From IMG/VR virus record IMGVR_UViG_3300034171_000062, positions 106,558 through 170,557 of that record: 64,000 bases of DNA; one strand, 5' to 3'. The stretch's first letter is position 1; each line of letters opens with the position of its first letter. The notes below the pieces were generated by a model. That model was not told the origin of the DNA. It saw only the letters and a program-made list of their open reading frames with translations, and made no database searches. Source of the stretch: a virus. Taxonomy: Duplodnaviria > Caudoviricetes. The translations under genes and the position numbers were made by a program. Below are positions 40,282 through 49,463 of the stretch, one piece after another.

Positions 40282-41952
40282 ATGGCAACATCTACTATTG
40301 TGCCGATCTCGGACCCGAATCGTGGGTTCCAGACGTGGCACATCAGCGAACTCTTTACCGGTGACGACGACGGTGGGCGATACGTTCCGAATAAAGACGA
40401 CATGGTGATCTCGTACCTTGTGGGACTGCAGATTTATCGTGTAAAAGCGGTGGACTACACGACTGGGTTGAGTGAGTTGGACGCCATCGACTTACTAAAC
40501 ATCGTCGGCGCCGACGACGTTGACGGTAACCTTCTGGGTGCCGGGCCTGGAAAGATCAGTGAGTCCTATCGGGCGTATCTGGACACGTCGGTCATTCCTC
40601 ACACTTTGGCGTTTGATGCACGATTGAAGTTATACGGAACAACGGCTAAGTACGTTAAGGTGATCCGGGGGACGTTACTCGAAACTGGGGACGTCGTTTC
40701 CAGGCAGTACGATCAACAAGGTCAGTTGTTGGGTAACTCAATACCGATGGAGTTGGTGTTGACCGATTCTGGGACTAACTTGGCCATCAAGACGCCGAAG
40801 GTTGGACACTGTTCGATGTCTTTACCCGATGGGGAAGTGGTCACGGCAATTGTTTACGACGACCTTGGGTCGGAAGTCTCCACCAACGTGTTGTTGATTA
40901 AGAACACAGGGTTCATTCGCAACCTGAACGCGGCGGTGAAATACGTCACTAGCATCGAACTTGAGTCTCCGTTCCTTTCTGGTGCTGACAACCGATTGTT
41001 AGAATGTCCTATCAACATCCCTGTGGATGCAATCACCCGGCGGGGCATTGTACGTTATTCAGACGGCTCGAAGAAAACACTACCCATCGATGGCACCAAG
41101 TTTGCGTTGTTTGGGTTGCAGCGATTCATCTCGACGATATTGGGTCAAGAACAACCATTGTCTCTGATCTACTACCTATCGCCCGATGAAGTGTCGTACG
41201 GCGCCGTCTCGGGCGACACGCTACACATCACCGAGAAGTACCTAGCCACAACCGTGAACGTCGATGGCGCGTACAGTGTTAAATTGTTCAGTTACCCAGT
41301 GTGGATCGACGCCGTCAACGGCTATCGTTTGGAACACTTCCTGTACAACCTGGAACGAGACGAAGTCTTTAATGTCACTTCGCTGATTCAAGTAGCGGCG
41401 AATTCGCCGGCGTTTGATCCGTTGGCGTACGGCATGGCGCAAGACATCACGTTTGCGTTGGATCTGGCCAAGGTCGCTACTCGGTTCAAGAACTACCGTC
41501 ATCTGCAAACCACGCGGGTCACCCTCTTACGACCAGGGTTGGATTCAGGCACCAACTGGACCATTACCTATGATAAGACCAAGCCGGCGTACGGAGTCAG
41601 TACCGACAATGTGGGACTGAAGGCCAGAGTTGAATTCATCAATTCCAACCTTTGGAAACTGACGCTTGACAACGGGTTTGGAAGCATGGAAGAGTGGCTT
41701 CGAGAAGTCTATGAGAAGACCTTGCCGCTGTTTGATGCTACTGCTGAGGCTACGGCTCCGGTACCAAACTACTTCAAGTTAATTGCAGGATCGTACGTAC
41801 TCGAGGCTCCCGTCAGCATGTGGAATCGGGAGTTTACTGTCAACAACCTACTGGACTCTGGCGACAACGTTTATCTGCAATTCTTCAGACGGACGTCCAC
41901 CACCGACCTCCAGTTGAGTACTGCGGCGTTGATTATGCGACAGGACAACTAA
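40282..41952 (+). CDS. Virion structural protein (phiKZ gp26-like)
   Basis: 556 aa beta-rich ORF upstream of terminase; AGGAG RBS. Confidence 0.6.
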   Translation: MATSTIVPISDPNRGFQTWHISELFTGDDDGGRYVPNKDDMVISYLVGLQIYRVKAVDYTTGLSELDAIDLLNIVGADDVDGNLLGAGPGKISESYRAYLDTSVIPHTLAFDARLKLYGTTAKYVKVIRGTLLETGDVVSRQYDQQGQLLGNSIPMELVLTDSGTNLAIKTPKVGHCSMSLPDGEVVTAIVYDDLGSEVSTNVLLIKNTGFIRNLNAAVKYVTSIELESPFLSGADNRLLECPINIPVDAITRRGIVRYSDGSKKTLPIDGTKFALFGLQRFISTILGQEQPLSLIYYLSPDEVSYGAVSGDTLHITEKYLATTVNVDGAYSVKLFSYPVWIDAVNGYRLEHFLYNLERDEVFNVTSLIQVAANSPAFDPLAYGMAQDITFALDLAKVATRFKNYRHLQTTRVTLLRPGLDSGTNWTITYDKTKPAYGVSTDNVGLKARVEFINSNLWKLTLDNGFGSMEEWLREVYEKTLPLFDATAEATAPVPNYFKLIAGSYVLEAPVSMWNREFTVNNLLDSGDNVYLQFFRRTSTTDLQLSTAALIMRQDN

Positions 41953-42013
41953 GTCCTTGCATCTGGGGGGAGTACGATCTCCCCCCAACTCATCCGACGT
42001 CGCCTAACAGGAC

Positions 42014-44173
42014 ATGTGCATTATGATTGTCTTTAAAAGTGACTGGCGAAGGTTCACATCGGCGATCGTCGACACCAAATCTCCAAACAAGACGTTTTTA
42101 CGCCTGGCGGCGGTGTATAAAGCCATGGGGGTAGATCACTACTACTTCCATTTAGCCTTACTTCAACCGGCCTTGCAGGGAGTGGACCCTCACGACGAGA
42201 ACAACCTCACCCTCGAACAAAAGGCCATGATTCTGTACGAGTGCGATAACAACCCTTGGTATTACCTACGGGAAATCGTACTTGATAAAGGCGCGGGACT
42301 GACGGTCGACGATTGTCGGTTTCGAGCCAACCGTTCAAACATTGCGGCCATGTGGTTGTTGTTGGCGTGTGTCGATTACATACAGGTGCAACCTCGTCAG
42401 ACCGGCAAATCCTTCGGTACCGATAATAACGCTTTGTGGTTGATGTACTTCTGCTATCGCAACACGGCGTTGAATCTGATCACCAAGGATGAGTCTCTGC
42501 GCAAATCGAACATTTCCAGACTGAAGAAACTTCGGGACATGTGGCCAGACTACATCAACCGGAACACGTCAAAGGACGACAACAACCAGATTTCATTGAG
42601 TTGTAACTCGCTGGAAAACAAGTACTACACCCACGTGTCGCAAAGTTCCGAGAAAGCGGCGAACAATCTGGGTCGAGGGATGACCAGTCCGTTCATTCAT
42701 GTGGATGAGGGCCCCTTCATTAACCACATTGAAACCACTGTGTCGGCGGCCATGGGTTCGACCAACACGGCGAGGGACATCGCCAAGCGTAAAGGCAAGC
42801 CCTATTGCACGGTGTTCACCACCACCGCAGGCAACCAAGAGGATCGCGACGGCCGCTACGTGTTCAACATGATGGCAGGCTCGGCGATTTGGTCGGAACG
42901 GTTCCTGGACTGTAAGGATCGGGAAGAACTGGTCAATTACATTAAGACCAATTCTAATGGCCGGGCCACTATGGTGAATCTGACCATGTCACATCGACAG
43001 TTGGGTCTGTCCGACGAGTGGTTGTACGAGGCCCTGGCCAACGCGCGTTCAGAGAGCGACAACATCGATCGAGATTACTTTAATCGATGGACCAACTCCT
43101 CCAGCGGGTCGTTGATCCCAGATCACTTGGCTAAGGCCATGCGGGGGTCTGAGAAAGAGCCGGTGGACAATTGGATCTCTTCGGAGAACTACATCTTCCG
43201 CTGGCATCAGCATCTTGACCCAGACGCGCAATACGTACTCTTGGTAGATACCTCAGACGCCATCGGACGAGACGACATCGGCATCGTGCTGTTGGACACG
43301 CGCAGTGGCGCGACCGCAGGGGCAGCGGCCTTTAACGAGACCAACCTGATTCGATTCGCGCAGTGGCTGAAAGAGTTCATGGTCACCTACCGCAATACGA
43401 CTCTGGTGATCGAACGTCGATACAACGCGCAGACGATCATTGACTACTTGCTCTTGAAGTTGCCGGAGATTGGAATCGATCCCTTTAAACGCATCTTTAA
43501 CCAGCTGGTGCAGAAACGAGAAGAGCGTCAGAAAGAATACGACAAGGTCATGGGTCCTGGACTGAATCGACCCAGACAGTTGTATGAGATCCATCGTCGT
43601 GACTTTGGCTTCCTCACAGACGCTGACAGTCGGAAGTTGTTGTACTCCAACGTGTTGATGAACGCAGCTAAAGATGCAGGCGATAGGGTCCACGACAAAC
43701 AGTTGATTCAGCAAGTCTTGTCTCTGGTTATCAAGAACGGGCGTATCGATCACAGCGCCTCGGGACATGACGACATGGTCATTGCTTGGTTGATTGGTCA
43801 TTGGTTCTTGAACTATGGCATCAACTTGCAGCAGTACGGCATCAATCCCACTCGGGTCATGACCGATCGTAGTAAAAGCGGTAGAGAAATCACTCCGCAA
43901 GAGGCGTTGGAGAAAGAAGAGCAACAAGGACTTCTGAACAGCATTGAGTTGATTCACGATCGACTTAAATCTTCGAGCAGTCAGATGGAGATAATGCGTT
44001 TAGAAAGTGAGTTGACCAGCATGATGAGTCGTCTCAAGCAAGACGATTCTGAAGGCATGACTTTAGACGCACTGATCCAAGAGGCTCGAGACAGTCGGAG
44101 TCGTAGATTCAATGGCAACGATGGTGGCGGAAGTCAAACTAAGTTGTTGCTGGCCAGGTTCGGAGGGAGGTAG
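42014..44173 (+). CDS. terL: Terminase large subunit (phiKZ gp25-like)
   Basis: Walker A PRQTGKS, Walker B IHVDE, coupling motif TTTAG, nuclease DTSDAIGRD and HDDMVIAW. Confidence 0.92.
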   Translation: MCIMIVFKSDWRRFTSAIVDTKSPNKTFLRLAAVYKAMGVDHYYFHLALLQPALQGVDPHDENNLTLEQKAMILYECDNNPWYYLREIVLDKGAGLTVDDCRFRANRSNIAAMWLLLACVDYIQVQPRQTGKSFGTDNNALWLMYFCYRNTALNLITKDESLRKSNISRLKKLRDMWPDYINRNTSKDDNNQISLSCNSLENKYYTHVSQSSEKAANNLGRGMTSPFIHVDEGPFINHIETTVSAAMGSTNTARDIAKRKGKPYCTVFTTTAGNQEDRDGRYVFNMMAGSAIWSERFLDCKDREELVNYIKTNSNGRATMVNLTMSHRQLGLSDEWLYEALANARSESDNIDRDYFNRWTNSSSGSLIPDHLAKAMRGSEKEPVDNWISSENYIFRWHQHLDPDAQYVLLVDTSDAIGRDDIGIVLLDTRSGATAGAAAFNETNLIRFAQWLKEFMVTYRNTTLVIERRYNAQTIIDYLLLKLPEIGIDPFKRIFNQLVQKREERQKEYDKVMGPGLNRPRQLYEIHRRDFGFLTDADSRKLLYSNVLMNAAKDAGDRVHDKQLIQQVLSLVIKNGRIDHSASGHDDMVIAWLIGHWFLNYGINLQQYGINPTRVMTDRSKSGREITPQEALEKEEQQGLLNSIELIHDRLKSSSSQMEIMRLESELTSMMSRLKQDDSEGMTLDALIQEARDSRSRRFNGNDGGGSQTKLLLARFGGR

Positions 44174-44601
44174 TGCATTTTAAGATACAGAGTTTGAGGA
44201 TACGTAATCGATGGAACTTATGGTTGTGTGCGTTGTTGGAGCACATCGCGGTAGAGACTTGCGTCACAGTCTGGACCGATCATTACGTGGCCCCGGTAGC
44301 GGTGTGGGAACCCCCTGGACTGTTGTACGTTGAAGTGGTATCGAGACTCAATCGTTATCAGTTTATGCGAGGATTGGTGGGCTTTAGAGTATCTATGTCG
44401 GTGACCGATCTGGTCATCGTTCGATATTCTCTCACCGATTGCATGCGGGTGACGAAACACAGCGTGCAATACGTGGGACTCAGTCGACAGAATCTACTCA
44501 CCTTGTTACGGGCCGACGCCCCCTGGATGACAGCACTCCCAAACGGCCGTCCAGGGGAAAGTCGATACTACGACCGGCGAGCACCAAAGTACATCGTGTA
44601 A
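44173..44601 (+). CDS. Hypothetical protein
   Basis: GTG start overlapping the terL stop with GGAGG RBS. Confidence 0.5.
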   Translation: MHFKIQSLRIRNRWNLWLCALLEHIAVETCVTVWTDHYVAPVAVWEPPGLLYVEVVSRLNRYQFMRGLVGFRVSMSVTDLVIVRYSLTDCMRVTKHSVQYVGLSRQNLLTLLRADAPWMTALPNGRPGESRYYDRRAPKYIV

Positions 44602-44622
44602 TTTCTTAATAAGGACCCTTGA

Positions 44623-46059
44623 ATGAGTCGTTTGAGACGGATAATAGATAAGCTCCTCGGAGTTAAATCAATGGAACTGAGTAAAGACGTTGATGAAATT
44701 CCTTGGGTTGAGGTCCCGTATCCATTATACGGGTACCTTGAGTGTCCGAGGTTCATTCCAGTAACTTTAGAGAACTACCAACATTATCCGAAGTTGAAGA
44801 TGGCTCAGTTGAGTCGCGACGGAGAACCCTGTCAGGTAGTCTTTCGAGAAGACGGGATGCTTGACTTGGATCAACTCATGCACCGGACTAGCAAACGGTC
44901 TCGACGTATGTCAAAAATACAGTATCGTCGGGTGCTGACTAAAGTCGGATTGAATCTGGTACCACCCATACCCAGTCTGACCGGACACGAGACGTGGGTT
45001 GACATCCACGTCGATAACTTGGATCACGCGTTGATCGATGTGACCGGAAATCGAGAGTATCTACTTGTTACCCGTGAGCAGATCCAAGGTTGGCTGGCAG
45101 GTCATCCTCGAGTCGATGTATGTATGTTGGTACAGGAGTTCGATCCACATCAAGGCATCATCTCCAACGACCAAGACCAGATCAACGCGTCGATACGGAA
45201 ATTTACTAAGTTGCGGATTGAGCGGCGACTTAAAGACACGTTGGACCTCCCTCCGCTGCCGTCTGTGGTACGTAAGATCATTAGTCTACGTAGCAATCCC
45301 AACGCGACGGTGAATGAGTTAGTGGCGATACTTGAATGCGACCCTACATTGGCCGCCAACGTGATGCGTTGGTCCAACTCGTCGTACTACTCCATGAGTG
45401 GCAACGTCAATTCGCTTCACGACGCAGTAAATCGGGTCTTGGGGTATGACATGGTAATGAACTTGTGTATGGGGTTGGTACTAGGCAACGTCATGAATGT
45501 ACCTAAGCATGAAACTACACATGTCCTGAACTTTTGGGAACAGGCGACGTGGATGGCTCACGGTATGGCACATCTCAGTGAACAGCTTCCGCCCGACAAG
45601 CGGATCTCAAAAGGTCTGGCGTATCTGGCTGGGCTGTTACACAACTTTGGGTATCTGATCTTAAGTCACACGTTTCCACCCCACTTTCGAATCATCACTG
45701 AATCCACCGACATCAATCGACATCTGGACGTCAGTTTGATCGACGCTCACATTCTAGGGATTACCCGAGAGCAGGTGGCGGCGTGTTTGATGGACAATTG
45801 GATGATCCCAAAAGAAGTGGTTAATGGCATCCGCTATCAGAAACAATGCACGTTCAACGACGAACATTGGGTATTTGCTAATCTACTGTACCTGACACGA
45901 GCCAAGTTGATCGAACACGGAGTTGCGCTGGGAGCGCCTATGACTCAACCTGATTTCTTATTCGAACGCCTTGGGTTGACGAGTGAGGGGGTAGATAGTC
46001 ATATTGATGACCTACTAAAACGAGAGGAGCAAATTCTCAACATAGCGCGGATGATGTGA
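44623..46059 (+). CDS. HDOD-domain protein with an eroded YbaK-like N-terminus (host-like)
   Basis: LPPLP..DPTLAANVMRWSNS.YY..A.LAGLLHNFG HDOD signature; FTKLRIERRL linker like gammaproteobacterial YbaK-HDOD fusions. Confidence 0.85.
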   Translation: MSRLRRIIDKLLGVKSMELSKDVDEIPWVEVPYPLYGYLECPRFIPVTLENYQHYPKLKMAQLSRDGEPCQVVFREDGMLDLDQLMHRTSKRSRRMSKIQYRRVLTKVGLNLVPPIPSLTGHETWVDIHVDNLDHALIDVTGNREYLLVTREQIQGWLAGHPRVDVCMLVQEFDPHQGIISNDQDQINASIRKFTKLRIERRLKDTLDLPPLPSVVRKIISLRSNPNATVNELVAILECDPTLAANVMRWSNSSYYSMSGNVNSLHDAVNRVLGYDMVMNLCMGLVLGNVMNVPKHETTHVLNFWEQATWMAHGMAHLSEQLPPDKRISKGLAYLAGLLHNFGYLILSHTFPPHFRIITESTDINRHLDVSLIDAHILGITREQVAACLMDNWMIPKEVVNGIRYQKQCTFNDEHWVFANLLYLTRAKLIEHGVALGAPMTQPDFLFERLGLTSEGVDSHIDDLLKREEQILNIARMM

Positions 46060-46126
46060 TCGTCTGAATCGCAGTGTGTTAAGAAAAGCTCCATAGTCGC
46101 CCTCAGAAAGACGTGTAGTCGCTATG

Positions 46127-46164
46127 CGGCATAAGGGAGGGGCAATGCCCCTCCCTCTATTTTG
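46127..46164. terminator. CGGCATA-flanked bidirectional hairpin
   Basis: GGGAGGGGCA-A-TGCCCCTCCC. Confidence 0.78.
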
Positions 46165-46180
46165 TTTCGATCCCAGGCGC

Positions 46181-47467
46181 TTAGAGAACGGCCGCTACTA
46201 ACGACAACTCGGGGGTGTGAGATCGCTCTTCGGTGGACCCACCTTGACTGTAGTAGTTCATCGTGAAAGTTCTCAGCACTATGTACACCATACATCCCGT
46301 TCGCACAGCCGCTAACAAGGACTTGTTGTTAGACTTTACTGCACGTTTGGTGATGGCTAGACTGAGGTCTCGCATTTTTAACAAAGACGGATCGGTCGAT
46401 CGTGACGACATGTACAGACTGCGGAGCCGTCCAATCAATGTGGCCAAGTCGATGCTGTTTCGGAACTCCTGTCGATTCTCCCCAATGTACTCAAACGCAT
46501 GCAATAACGTCTCGTCGATCAAGGCTTGGATCTTTGGGTCACCTCGACGACCGTAGTTATCGGCCATGTATTCCAGGGCGCTGGTCAAATGACGTTCTGG
46601 CATGGTGTGCATGACGTCCCCTACAATGCCCACCAGCTCGCTTCGAATGAACGTGGACCTATCGGATAGGGTGGTGTTGATGTAGCGCTTGTAGCGGCTG
46701 TTCTGGCGCGTCAGGTCACGGACGTGCATCTGTCCGTCCAAATCCACTAGGGAAGAACGCGTCTGAACCCGAGTTGGACTCTTCTGCACTTCGTAGAAGA
46801 CGTGCACCATCTTCTTTACAATCTCCCGGATGCGGCCTTGGATGTCTCCGACCATATACTGCACTTGCTGATCGTCGTCGAATCGTTCAATGGTTTCTGA
46901 GTGTATGGAGTTGCGAGACAGAATGTCTTCACACCGAGCCTCGATCAATGCTGCCCAACTGCCTTTCTGCTTCAGCGCAAATTTGTAACTCAACGCCGCG
47001 TAAGTAGCTTCAGCCAAGGTCCGATCTGGTTCGTATTTGAAGTTGTGCGCCATTAAGGAACTTAAGAACCGATAGTGCATGGCTCTGAGTGCGTCCATCA
47101 TTCCCTGTTCTTTCTGTCGTGCAGAGAGATTGCTGGTGGTGTGAATGGCGTGTACCAACCACACACAGCTCAGATTGTAAACGTCGGTTCGCACCCGCTG
47201 CGTCGGATCGACGCTGGGAAGGGCGTGCAGTTCGTTCTTAAGAACCACGTCATCGACACGTAGGACTTCATCAAACCAATTGTTACGGTCGGAACTGTGG
47301 AACCTCAATGGTGGGGTACCCAGTAGGTTGCCGCCTAAGAAGGCGATGTGGTCTTCGCTCTTATTCACGAAGTACCGTTCAAATTGACCGATTGCCTTTA
47401 CCAGTTTAAGATCGATTTTCAGGTGTTTGAGTTCTTCAGCGAAGACCTCTTTAATGGTTCGTGCCAT
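46181..47467 (-). CDS. Conserved jumbo-phage protein, probably virion-associated
   Basis: HIAFLGGNLLG and YAALSYKFALKQKGSW motifs; start MARTIK with GAGAGG RBS. Confidence 0.6.
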   Translation of the reverse strand: MARTIKEVFAEELKHLKIDLKLVKAIGQFERYFVNKSEDHIAFLGGNLLGTPPLRFHSSDRNNWFDEVLRVDDVVLKNELHALPSVDPTQRVRTDVYNLSCVWLVHAIHTTSNLSARQKEQGMMDALRAMHYRFLSSLMAHNFKYEPDRTLAEATYAALSYKFALKQKGSWAALIEARCEDILSRNSIHSETIERFDDDQQVQYMVGDIQGRIREIVKKMVHVFYEVQKSPTRVQTRSSLVDLDGQMHVRDLTRQNSRYKRYINTTLSDRSTFIRSELVGIVGDVMHTMPERHLTSALEYMADNYGRRGDPKIQALIDETLLHAFEYIGENRQEFRNSIDLATLIGRLRSLYMSSRSTDPSLLKMRDLSLAITKRAVKSNNKSLLAAVRTGCMVYIVLRTFTMNYYSQGGSTEERSHTPELSLVAAVL

Positions 47468-47559
47468 GACACGCCTCTCACGGTTGGTTCGTTGTCTATA
47501 TAATCCGCCGCCGACCCGCCGCGGGGGGAGCGCGCGCCTGTTCAACTTGTATAGATGCT

Positions 47560-48240
47560 GACGACGTCCAGGGGGGTGTGTATTTTGTTTTGAAGACTGT
47601 GTATGGATTGGTCTTTATTGCATCCGATGCCTCTGTTGCTGTTAGCCTCCATCAAAAAACCCCAATCCATACTTTCCTCCTTCTCTTCACATCTCAAGTA
47701 ACCCTTGCAGGGTTTTCACTTGAATATGTAATTCCTTACAGGACGGATTTATTATTTGCCAGAAAGAGGAGCGACAGCGACCATCCTTTCGAGCTTACCG
47801 TAGTTCGGTAAGCGTTCGGAGTAGAATGGTTAGAAGGGGGTAGCGATAGTCTGCGCCGTTGCTGTATTGGGTTGTTTTCAAGGGTTTGTAGGGGCTTTTT
47901 AAATTACCCTAAAATCTGCGGCAAATCAAAACCCCCTCCGCAAAAAACTCTGGCGGTAAAGGTACTATGGTATAGCACTACAGCAGTGCTAAAGGCTTGG
48001 CCACCGGTGTTGGGGTGTTACAGGTTGCACCATCGGCCTAGTTGTTGGCGTTGTCGAGGGGAGTTGGGTGTGTAGGAAGGTTTGTACGGGTTCCTTCCTG
48101 GCGCTATCTTGTTCGGTTGTGTTTGCGCATGTCTGTCGCGCTTGCGCTATTTACACCGACTCCCCTTGACTGGGCTAGTGTTATTTCCTTGTGATGTGTG
48201 AGATGAACCGGGGGGCTTCGGCTTCTCGGTTTATTTTGTT
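47560..48240 (+). ncRNA. Candidate large structured non-coding RNA (or origin/regulatory region)
   Basis: No credible ORF; at least six stems including an 18-bp long-range helix with plus-strand G-U pairs; ends in a TTCG terminator. Confidence 0.45.
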
Positions 48241-48242
48241 TT
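48206..48242 (+). terminator. Intrinsic terminator with no upstream coding gene
   Basis: AACCGGGGGGC-TTCG-GCTTCTCGGTT plus TATTTTGTTTT. Confidence 0.75.
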
Positions 48243-48248
48243 AACTGT

Positions 48249-48271
48249 ATTTGAAGCACATATTACTTATG
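48249..48271 (+). promoter_or_regulatory. Putative phage (early-type) promoter
   Basis: ATTTGAAGCACATATTACTTATG. Confidence 0.5.
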
Positions 48272-48325
48272 AGAGCAGCCGTTGTTGTTCACCAATTAGC
48301 TTACCTAACCTTTAGGACACTACCC

Positions 48326-48646
48326 ATGCAAGAACTGACTCTGGACAACCTACCCCAATACGCCGAAGCCGAACCAAAGTTGATCACCGCACTCTTCTCC
48401 TTGGGGACCGTAGCGAAACGTTTCGACGAAGCCGTGGCGCCTAAGAGCATCGACGTGTGGATTGCCCGCGATATGATGGAAGTTAATGCCTTCTCCGATC
48501 GGATCATTCCTGTGGGCGAGATGGAAGACCTGCCCTACCACTTGTACATAGCCACCACCGAGATCACCCAGAGTTACGTCCTGGTGCCCAGCAGCCATCG
48601 GTTGCAGATAGTTCGAGGTCAGGTGAACCCAGGCATTTGTTTATAA
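48326..48646 (+). CDS. Hypothetical protein, monocistronic
   Basis: ATG at 48326 after TAGGA; flanked by promoter motif and hairpin. Confidence 0.6.
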   Translation: MQELTLDNLPQYAEAEPKLITALFSLGTVAKRFDEAVAPKSIDVWIARDMMEVNAFSDRIIPVGEMEDLPYHLYIATTEITQSYVLVPSSHRLQIVRGQVNPGICL

Positions 48647-48650
48647 TCAG

Positions 48651-48678
48651 CGGGAGGCTACGGCCTCCCCTTATGCCG
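48651..48678 (+). terminator. Hairpin followed by TTATGCCG
   Basis: GGGAGGC-TACG-GCCTCCC-CTTATGCCG. Confidence 0.7.
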
Positions 48679-48700
48679 TCTCGTTAATCGATCCCAACGA

Positions 48701-48723
48701 ATCTTGGGCCTATATCACTGAGA
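48701..48723 (+). promoter_or_regulatory. Putative phage (early-type) promoter
   Basis: ATCTTGGGCCTATATCACTGAGA. Confidence 0.45.
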
Positions 48724-48767
48724 TGAGCACCTACAACCCACAACCTTTAACCAAGTGAGAAACCATT

Positions 48768-49346
48768 ATGTCTACCATCACCCTACCTTCGTTCAGCAAT
48801 CTTCTAGGTTTTGATTTCACCAACCCTAAGGTCCTCGTCTTAGACGGCATTCAGTTCCGTACTGGAATATTTGACGACCATGCAAAAGTAAAGCAACGCA
48901 TCTATACCCTGAGGGCCTTGTTGTCTGACGACGATGTTGAACTGATGCGTGAGTCGGGCATCGACTTCTTGATCCACGAAAGCATTACCGAAGCCAAGCG
49001 GCATGGAGACGTTTCCATCCACTACGAAAATAAAACCATCGTCCTCACCATTGAACCCAAAGCAATCGCTATCGAAGCAATGCTCAAGGGCAAACGGTAC
49101 CACGCCGCCATAAGCGCTCAAATCGAGGCATTGGTGAACCTGAATCTGTACACCAAAGAAGCGATTGACTCCCCCACCCGGAACGAGTCGATTCTTGAAG
49201 TCATCGCGACGGCGTACTTGAAACACGGCATCATTACCAACAAAGAAAAGTTCATCGCAGCCCGCACCATCAGTATCAACGCGATAGGGTGTATTGAAAG
49301 CGCCGCGAAGCTCGTCGGATCAGTCGTCAACTTCTTCCGCAAGTAG
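48768..49346 (+). CDS. Hypothetical protein, monocistronic
   Basis: 192 aa between promoter motif and terminator. Confidence 0.65.
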   Translation: MSTITLPSFSNLLGFDFTNPKVLVLDGIQFRTGIFDDHAKVKQRIYTLRALLSDDDVELMRESGIDFLIHESITEAKRHGDVSIHYENKTIVLTIEPKAIAIEAMLKGKRYHAAISAQIEALVNLNLYTKEAIDSPTRNESILEVIATAYLKHGIITNKEKFIAARTISINAIGCIESAAKLVGSVVNFFRK

Positions 49347-49386
49347 CGGCATACAGGAGGGGTATTCGCCCCTCCTATTATTTTTT
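49347..49386 (+). terminator. CGGCATA-flanked terminator
   Basis: AGGAGGGGT-ATTC-GCCCCTCCT plus T tract. Confidence 0.78.
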
Positions 49387-49463
49387 GTCATCGACCCCAG
49401 TGATTTATTTTTTAGCCTAATGGTATGTCTATCCACCACGGATTACTTACAGGAAATCGAAAC

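Noticed and set aside
39541-43957. Long antisense ORFs (39541-40341, 43253-43957 and similar)
   Set aside because: Shadow frames of well-supported plus-strand genes with no RBS or motifs
47578-48075. Short ORFs 47578-47811 and 47872-48075
   Set aside because: GTG/TTG starts, atypical composition with homopolymer runs; better explained as non-coding
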